Positions 57,749 to 64,000 of a stretch of DNA of 64,000 bases are shown piece after piece. The notes below the pieces were generated by a model, which was given only the letters and a program-made list of their open reading frames with translations, did not search any database and was not told the origin of the DNA. Origin of the DNA: Armatimonadota bacterium (GTDB lineage Bacteria; Armatimonadota; UBA5829; DTLH01); contig JBBRAE010000001.1 in assembly GCA_038207085.1 (NCBI GenBank), forward strand, positions 192,001 through 256,000, written 5' to 3'. How positions within the stretch are numbered: the first letter of the stretch is position 1; each line of letters starts with the position of its first letter. The position numbers were made by a program, and so were the translations under genes.

Positions 57749-58924
57749 GTGCTTAGAACACTGATCGCATGCATACTGCTATCCTCCTCCATCGCTTGTG
57801 CGAAAGCCGACACGCTGCGTATCGGCCTTATCTCGCAATTTCGAGGGATCGACTCCGTCTCCGTCAAGTCTTCCGCTGGTCTATGCGTAACCTATTCCGG
57901 CTCAAAGCTCGTTACGTGCATCGATCCCGGGCGCGAGCTCAAAATCAGCCGGACATCCGACACGCTTGAGTTTTCAGAGTCCGACGGCGGGACCAATCAG
58001 GCTGACTTACTACACATATCGTCGGACACCCCCGGTGCTGTTATCACCGTGTCCTCCGGCAAGACCAAAGACAGCTTCCGAGGCGCTATCGAGATCACTC
58101 CCTCAGCCAAAGGCCTTCTATTGGTCAACCAAGTCGATCTTGAGGAATATATGCTAGGTGTTGTGGCATGCGAGATGCCTTCTGAGTTCGATGTTGAGGC
58201 GCTGAAGGCGCAGGCAGTCGCAGCAAGAACCTACGCGTGGGCCAATAGAAACAAGCACCGCAAAGAAGGGTTCGACCTCTGCGATTCCACCCACTGCCAA
58301 ATGTATAGCGGAGTAGACAGGGAGACCGAGCGCACGACCAAAGCCGTTCGAGACACCAAGGATCTAGTCGCACTTCATCACGGCAAATTGATATGTGCAC
58401 TCTACTCCGCGGACTGCGGCGGCATCACCGAATCGGGCGATAAGCCGTATCTCTGTTCTGTGTCTGACAAGCCCGACGACGACGGCCCGGACTACTGCGA
58501 TCGCTCCGGCCACGCGTGGACGCTCACTTGGACACTTTCTGAGTTAGAGGCACTGCTTGAGCCCAGGCTGCCGAAACTCCAGGGGCTGAAGAGCATCACT
58601 GTATCCAAGGCTGACGAGTGCGGTCGCGCGGTGGAGGTCAAGATTGAAGCAGATAAGGGTTCAGTCAGACTATCTGGACAGAAACTGCGCTCGGTCATCG
58701 GGGTGAATGTTCTGCTGAGCACCGCTTTCACCATCAAGAAAGATGGCGAGAAGGTCACGGTGGACGGCCGAGGCTACGGGCATGGCATAGGGTTATGCCA
58801 GTTCGGCGCAAACGGCCTCGCCAAGTCTGATCAGGGGTACTCCTTCGAACGGATACTAAAGCACTACTACCACGATATCGAGATCAAGCCACTCAGTTCA
58901 AGCCAACTTACAGACACTGACTAA
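57749..58924 (+). CDS. SpoIID/LytB domain protein
   Basis: LEEYMLGVVACEMP, EALKAQAVAARTY, CQMYSG, GYGHGIGLCQFGA, ILKHYY. Confidence 0.93.
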   Translation: MLRTLIACILLSSSIACAKADTLRIGLISQFRGIDSVSVKSSAGLCVTYSGSKLVTCIDPGRELKISRTSDTLEFSESDGGTNQADLLHISSDTPGAVITVSSGKTKDSFRGAIEITPSAKGLLLVNQVDLEEYMLGVVACEMPSEFDVEALKAQAVAARTYAWANRNKHRKEGFDLCDSTHCQMYSGVDRETERTTKAVRDTKDLVALHHGKLICALYSADCGGITESGDKPYLCSVSDKPDDDGPDYCDRSGHAWTLTWTLSELEALLEPRLPKLQGLKSITVSKADECGRAVEVKIEADKGSVRLSGQKLRSVIGVNVLLSTAFTIKKDGEKVTVDGRGYGHGIGLCQFGANGLAKSDQGYSFERILKHYYHDIEIKPLSSSQLTDTD

Positions 58925-59001
58925 CCCGCATTATTCACGAGTAGCGTGAATAATGCTTTGTTAGCGAACGCCTTATTCGCTTCACGAATAAAGCGGGCTA
59001 A
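58921..59001 (+). mobile_element. 81-bp CTAA-bounded double-hairpin miniature element, copy 2
   Basis: Loops agtag and cttca; the left CTAA contains the SpoIID stop codon. Confidence 0.85.
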
Positions 59002-59003
59002 GA

Positions 59004-59489
59004 CTATAAGTTCGCCGCTGGGTTGTCGCTCGTCTGGCTGCTCAGGAAGTCTTCAGCAAGGAGTAATGCCGCATAGTCATCATAGGGCTCGGTGGGGACC
59101 AGGAAACCCCTCGGGACGAGTCGTCTCCAGCCCCGTGGTGGGTTCTCTTTGAAGTAGCGCACACGGGCGCGCTGGGTGCTAAACCATTCGTCGACGATGT
59201 AGATGGGTATCGAGAGCGAGCTCAGCGTCTTTGCTGTGGCCTCGCCGCCGGTTCCGCCGCCTACGATGAGCGCCTCAGGCTCCATACGCGAGGAGAGGAG
59301 TCTTACTGTATCGCGAACGTCGCCAGTTGGTACAACGGTCTTTGCGATGACTCCCTCTGTTCGGGAAACCACCGCAACTCCACACTTCGCCCTACCTGGA
59401 TCAACTGCGATTACACGATCTATCAAACCCAAAGACTCCTCGTTCTTGCCCGAGAATAGGCGAGCTCTCCATCGTTCTTCCATGTTCAA
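59004..59489 (-). CDS. YqgF/RuvX-like RNase H-fold protein
   Basis: AVDPGRAKCGVA, VDEWFST, DDYAA. Confidence 0.85.
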   Translation of the reverse strand: MNMEERWRARLFSGKNEESLGLIDRVIAVDPGRAKCGVAVVSRTEGVIAKTVVPTGDVRDTVRLLSSRMEPEALIVGGGTGGEATAKTLSSLSIPIYIVDEWFSTQRARVRYFKENPPRGWRRLVPRGFLVPTEPYDDYAALLLAEDFLSSQTSDNPAANL

Positions 59490-60970
59490 CGCTCCGCTGT
59501 AACCATAGTTGAGATCGCGAAACCAATGTTGTCGAGATTGATGGGTCCCGCGACGTAGATGTCCTTTTCTGCAACGGCCTTCAGCTCCACCTGCTTACCC
59601 GCAGTGCGGATAGTCTCGACCAGATCGATAAGAAGATCGAGCTGCTTGTCGGAAATCGGCTCGACGGCCTTGTCCGGGTCGGACGTCGCTATCGGGATAA
59701 CTCCCTCGCGCGCGGCTGCCGCCCGAACGTTGTTGCGTAAGAAATCCATAACGGCAAGAAGGACGCGGCCTTCGGACTGTTTGCCGTCTACAATTCCCCG
59801 GGCAATGTTATCTCCACGCTGAAACGCGAGCCTGTTCCACCGCAGCTGAAGATCCACCAGCGCTGTTTCGTCCTTGAGCGTATTGCGGACAACAGTGACA
59901 ATAGCGACGACACCGTCCACCGGACCACTGCGGCCTTTCAAGTAGATCGTCTTAACGGCCTCCTCAATGCATGTATCTTCATCGTTGGAGACAATGTCGC
60001 GGCTGCTGTCAACAAAAACCAGGCGAATAGCCCGTTTGCTGGCGTCCGAGCCTGCATGAACCGCCTTTGCCTTGTCGCTCGCGCTTTGAAGAAGGTTTGT
60101 AAGCTGCTCACGGACCTCACCGGGCGGCAGATCGGCATCGATCACGCGCCGGCCGATTTCCGTGCCCTGAGCAATCACCATATCTGTTGCATACAGCTCG
60201 TTGCGTTCGGCCTCGTGCTTTATATCTTCCTGCTGTTTCTTGATGAGTTCTTTGTTGTACTCTATCGTCGACTGAGCGGTGAGGATATCTTTCTGCGCAA
60301 CCTCAAGCTCTCTGCTTTTCGCGTCAAGCTCCGCGACCTTGGTGTCAAGATCTTTCTGAATAACGTCGAGTCGACCGTTTCGCACCCTAAGCTCTGACTT
60401 GATACGTCGCAGGTCCGCCGAGCTTACCTGTAGGCTCTCTGAGACTTGCCGCAGACGGCCTTCAGTCAGTTTGCCTGTGCGCCGCAGGTCACTTAGTTCC
60501 GCTTGACGGATGTCTATCAGGCGCGCGAGGCCCCTCATCTGTAACTGAGCAAGATCGCGTGCTCGGAAAGCGTCCTGCGACTCTTTTCGGGCTCGTGAGA
60601 CCTGTACGGACTTCTCATTCACCTCACGGGTGAGCTTGGAACTCTGGTCGAGAAGCTGTAGGTTCAGCTTACGGAGAGTGTTGTTGCGCTCAAGGTTAGC
60701 TTCGTACTTTGACGCAAGAGCTTCGTTCTTCTCGGCGAGTTGCAGCCCCTGAGTGAACACGAGGCGCATCCGGGAGTCGATGGTCATCAGGGTGCCGAAG
60801 GTCAGGGCGGCGATCAGCATTCCCGTGACGGATGTGACCAGAATTGCCGTGTGCCTGGGCCGCATGCCGAAAAGCCTCAGTCGACGTTTTCCCATCCGCC
60901 GCCCGAGCAAATCGCCAAGATACGCGACCAATCCCGACACCAATACCAGCAGGATAATGGTATAGATCAA
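59486..60970 (-). CDS. DUF3084 coiled-coil membrane protein
   Basis: AYLGDLLGRRMGKRRLRLFGMRPRHTA. Confidence 0.85.
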   Translation of the reverse strand: MIYTIILLVLVSGLVAYLGDLLGRRMGKRRLRLFGMRPRHTAILVTSVTGMLIAALTFGTLMTIDSRMRLVFTQGLQLAEKNEALASKYEANLERNNTLRKLNLQLLDQSSKLTREVNEKSVQVSRARKESQDAFRARDLAQLQMRGLARLIDIRQAELSDLRRTGKLTEGRLRQVSESLQVSSADLRRIKSELRVRNGRLDVIQKDLDTKVAELDAKSRELEVAQKDILTAQSTIEYNKELIKKQQEDIKHEAERNELYATDMVIAQGTEIGRRVIDADLPPGEVREQLTNLLQSASDKAKAVHAGSDASKRAIRLVFVDSSRDIVSNDEDTCIEEAVKTIYLKGRSGPVDGVVAIVTVVRNTLKDETALVDLQLRWNRLAFQRGDNIARGIVDGKQSEGRVLLAVMDFLRNNVRAAAAREGVIPIATSDPDKAVEPISDKQLDLLIDLVETIRTAGKQVELKAVAEKDIYVAGPINLDNIGFAISTMVTAER

Positions 60971-61125
60971 CTAATCCCCATTCCTTCTTATGGATTTTCG
61001 GCAGATAGCTTTACGGTCAGACACAGAGTATTCGAACCGAAAATCTCTCTCGACTTTCGGATTGAAAACTGAGTGGATATACGTTAAGTCGTTGCCCGAA
61101 TGTCAATAGATGCCTGAATATCAAG

Positions 61126-62214
61126 CTACTTCGCCGCGCGCAGGAGCAAAATCACCCCTAGCGAGAGACCAAGCACATCAGCCACGAATGCGCCCACGAT
61201 GGGAGGAATGCTCCCCTGTATCGCAAGCGCCGTAGTGAAGTGCCAGACAAACCAATACATAAAGATGATCAGGACGCTGAACCCAACACCGACCGATGGG
61301 TTACCCCGCTGCCGCTGTATGGCAAGCGGAGCGGCGACAAACGCAAACACCAGCGCCGCAAAAGGTATCGCCAGCTTATTGTATAGATCAACTTTCATAT
61401 CCAAAAGTTCCTTGACTGGCACGCTGCCATCAAGCTGACCTATGAAGTGCTTTAACTCGCCGAAGCTCATCTCCTCCGGTTTTCGCTGCCTGCGAAGAAT
61501 ATCGTCCGGATTTTCGTGAAGTTCCACCTGCTCTGTATCAAGCCCGTTGAACGCGATCGTCACGGTGCTGCCGTCGGGCTGAAACTTACGCATGAGACCG
61601 TTAGAAAGCTTCCAGTCATAGCCCTTTTTCCACTGTGCATTCTCGGCCTGGAATATAACTGTCGGATTGATTCCGTTTCTCTGAGTCACGATCACTTCGT
61701 GCATCGTTCTCGTGGCAGCATCGAACCCGCCGCCAACATATATTATGGCCTGAGTGCCCTTGTCTATAAAGACAAAAGGCTTATCAGAAGAAAGCTCTTC
61801 TTTGAGAGCGCGGGCCTGAATCTCTTTTGAAAGCCGCGCGCTTCCCGGTACGACGTATTCGCTCATCCCAAACGCGAGCGCCGAGACGATCAGACCAAGA
61901 GCAATCACCGGAATAACAGCGCGATACAGGCTGATGCCACTCGCGTAAAGCGCAACGATCTCACTGTCCATCGACATCCTGCTAAAAGTAACCAAAACGG
62001 CCACGAGGCAAGACATCGGCAGCGTGAAGACGATCACCGACGGCATATAAAGCAGCACGAGTTGAATCGCCGTGAACGCATTCAAGCCCTGAAGCACGAG
62101 CTTCGTCAGGTCGAGCAAGTGCTGACCGGCGAAGAAGATCGACGTAAACGCAGCTACACCAAACAGAAACGGCCACAAAAGCGCTGAGCCGATGAAACGG
62201 TAGAGCAGTTTCAT
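61126..62214 (-). CDS. LptF/LptG permease
   Basis: RMSMDSEIVALYASGIS, PEEMS, KLAIP. Confidence 0.92.
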   Translation of the reverse strand: MKLLYRFIGSALLWPFLFGVAAFTSIFFAGQHLLDLTKLVLQGLNAFTAIQLVLLYMPSVIVFTLPMSCLVAVLVTFSRMSMDSEIVALYASGISLYRAVIPVIALGLIVSALAFGMSEYVVPGSARLSKEIQARALKEELSSDKPFVFIDKGTQAIIYVGGGFDAATRTMHEVIVTQRNGINPTVIFQAENAQWKKGYDWKLSNGLMRKFQPDGSTVTIAFNGLDTEQVELHENPDDILRRQRKPEEMSFGELKHFIGQLDGSVPVKELLDMKVDLYNKLAIPFAALVFAFVAAPLAIQRQRGNPSVGVGFSVLIIFMYWFVWHFTTALAIQGSIPPIVGAFVADVLGLSLGVILLLRAAK

Positions 62215-62221
62215 CAGTTCT

Positions 62222-62944
62222 TCACATCTCAAACCGGTCGCCGAGGTAGTATTTCCTCGCGATCGGATCGTTGGGCAGGTCAGCCGCAGGGCCAGCCGTA
62301 GCAATCTTGCCTTCAGATATGATGTAAGCGCGATCTGTAATGCTGAGTGTCTCCCGCACGTTGTGGTCGGTTATGATAATACCTATATTCTTCTGTTCGC
62401 GAAGCGCATTGATTGTGGTCTGGATGTCGTGAATCGCAATCGGGTCGACGCCGGTGAATGGCTCGTCGAGCAGGATGAACGCGGGGTCGGTCGCAAGCGC
62501 CCGGGCGATCTCCGTCCGTCGCCTCTCACCGCCTGACAGCACCTGTCCACGCTCGTTGCGCAGGTGCTTCAGCCCCAGTTCGTCCATGAGCTGATCCAGT
62601 TTACGCATTCTTTCCTTGCGCCCTACCCCAGCCATTTCAAGCACGAGGAGGACGTTCTCAGCCACAGTGAGCTTTCGGAAGACCGATGGCTCCTGCGCGA
62701 GATACCCGATGCCGAGCCTTGCGCGCGCGTACATCGGACAACGCGTGATGTCCTGATCGTCTAGATAGACGCTGCCGCCGTTGGGGTGAACGAGACCGAC
62801 GACCATATAGAACGTGGTCGTCTTGCCGGCCCCGTTTGGCCCGAGGAGACCTACGATCTCCCCCTGCCCCACATCAATACTCACGCCGTTCACGACTCGC
62901 CGTCCCCGGTATACTTTTGCGAGATTCTCTGTCCTGATCCGCAC
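62222..62944 (-). CDS. lptB: LPS export ABC transporter ATPase
   Basis: [48 protein letters not shown]. Confidence 0.96.
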   Translation of the reverse strand: MRIRTENLAKVYRGRRVVNGVSIDVGQGEIVGLLGPNGAGKTTTFYMVVGLVHPNGGSVYLDDQDITRCPMYARARLGIGYLAQEPSVFRKLTVAENVLLVLEMAGVGRKERMRKLDQLMDELGLKHLRNERGQVLSGGERRRTEIARALATDPAFILLDEPFTGVDPIAIHDIQTTINALREQKNIGIIITDHNVRETLSITDRAYIISEGKIATAGPAADLPNDPIARKYYLGDRFEM

Positions 62945-63514
62945 TTATTTCTTCTCTTCCGGTGTCTTTGAAGCAGATTCCTGCGGCTTCTTCGGAGTAA
63001 ACTCCAGCCGACTCTTCTCAGGAGTGCTCTCAATACGTATTCTCGGCTCGTCCGGGCCAAGTTTCGAGTTCAGGCTGATAATCGCCCGGTCCCCGACCAC
63101 GGTTGCAGGCCCGACGAACAGGTCCGGGTCGGTGCTTGTGATATGAACCGAGCCGGAAAGCACCGCTTCCTGGGCCTTAGCGTAGTCAATGAGCGCATTA
63201 TCGGCGGTCGCCGTAGTTACCTTGGTCGGCTCCGTCGACGCTTTCAGCCATACCCCGCCGGTTAGTTTGGCGGTCTGGTAGCTGCCTTTAGCGTCCTTTG
63301 TGACAACTACCCGGTCGGCCTTTGCTGCAAACGACCCGTCCTTGGCGGTTATGCGCACCTTGGACTCGGGGCTTCCGCTCAACGTGTAAGACTTATCGGT
63401 CACGGTGAGCATAGCGAAGCCTTCAATCGTCACCTTGTCAAGCTGCAGGTTCTGAGCCGCGCACGGCACTGCCAACGCGACTACCAGGGCGGCGATAACG
63501 GCGATTCGTTTCAT
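62945..63514 (-). CDS. LptA-like periplasmic protein
   Basis: Signal peptide, beta-jellyroll pattern, lies between lptC-like and lptB. Confidence 0.7.
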   Translation of the reverse strand: MKRIAVIAALVVALAVPCAAQNLQLDKVTIEGFAMLTVTDKSYTLSGSPESKVRITAKDGSFAAKADRVVVTKDAKGSYQTAKLTGGVWLKASTEPTKVTTATADNALIDYAKAQEAVLSGSVHITSTDPDLFVGPATVVGDRAIISLNSKLGPDEPRIRIESTPEKSRLEFTPKKPQESASKTPEEKK

Positions 63515-63522
63515 GTGTTCTC

Positions 63523-63603
63523 CTAACCCGCGTTATTCACGAGTAGCGTGAATAATGCTCTGTTAGCGAAAGCTTTATTCGTGAAGCGAATAAAGCGAGC
63601 TAA
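63523..63603 (+). mobile_element. 81-bp CTAA-bounded double-hairpin miniature element, copy 3
   Basis: Loops agtag and tgaag; the right CTAA contains the stop codon of the lptC-like gene. Confidence 0.85.
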
Positions 63604-63998
63604 TGCTTGCCTATCACGGCCCGCGCTTCTGCCGGGTCTGAAAGTATGCGAATGCTTCTTAGCTGAGTGTCGGCGATAAAGGCGGCGGCGTCGATCGAAG
63701 CGACCGGACCGCGGGCCTTTATCCCGCCGTTTCCGACGATTCGGTTGTCGCGTGCATACCACTTGATCCAGCTGGCTTTGACTGTCTTGATTGAGCTCTT
63801 CGGGTCGGACGTGGTAAGCGTAACCCCGCCGCTTGCGGTCAATACGCGAGAGTTCTCGTCGACTTGAACAAGAGGAGCCACTATGGTAGCCGTCTGTTTG
63901 CCATTGCTGAAGAGCCTGGCGTTCACGCGCTTCAAGGTGGCTTCGCCAGAGATGGTGTTACCCGAAAACTCCTGCGCGGTCGCCTTCATAGAGACTTT
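63600..63998 (-). CDS. LptC-like protein, 5' end beyond the window
   Basis: Jellyroll pattern (LTASGGVTL, ASWIKWY, GNGGIK); frame open to the window edge; lpt operon context. Confidence 0.75.
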   Translation of the reverse strand, partial: KVSMKATAQEFSGNTISGEATLKRVNARLFSNGKQTATIVAPLVQVDENSRVLTASGGVTLTTSDPKSSIKTVKASWIKWYARDNRIVGNGGIKARGPVASIDAAAFIADTQLRSIRILSDPAEARAVIGKH

Positions 63999-64000
63999 GC

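Noticed and set aside
57749..58924. Sporulation system (SpoIID, GerE-like HTH)
   Set aside because: SpoIID/LytB and LuxR HTH proteins are common in non-sporulators; no core spo genes here
58946..59152. ORFs beginning MNNALLA (also 39073-39144 extension and 63523-63762)
   Set aside because: These are translations of the 81-bp element, not genes

Overview
Bacterial chromosomal window with about 55 protein-coding genes. I see no rRNA, tRNA, CRISPR array, transposase or integrase. The gene content suggests a diderm Terrabacteria lineage, most likely Armatimonadota (inference): Lpt genes alongside csaB/DUF5693, FemX, DUF3084 and YqgF-like, plus a large secreted protein with a characteristic C-terminal tail. 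Main blocks, in order: ECF sigma/anti-sigma/RseB-like operon; type III glutamine synthetase behind an attenuator-like leader; a very large secreted beta-helix protein and a GH63-like hydrolase; a sugar-acid operon (SDR, PPi-PFK-like, HAD, LarA-family, gnd); kbl-tdh; ileS-dksA-lspA-lgt followed by an orphan m6A methyltransferase; a general-stress cluster (DUF948, YtxH, KGG); serA; a group-2-like sigma factor with a stand-alone LuxR HTH; two Lpt loci; and GH116, GHL10-TPR and SpoIID/LytB. The most striking signals are non-coding. (1) An 81-bp CTAA-bounded element occurs three times, and its two hairpin loops occur in independently inverted (flip/flop) states. (2) A GTAG-ended REPIN-like family occurs twice with base-pair covariation. 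(3) Two genes appear to need non-canonical (ATA, GTA) starts. (4) The hexuronate-type operon has a PPi-PFK-family protein and a HAD protein where a gluconate kinase would be expected. All family calls come from motif recognition by eye, not from database searches.
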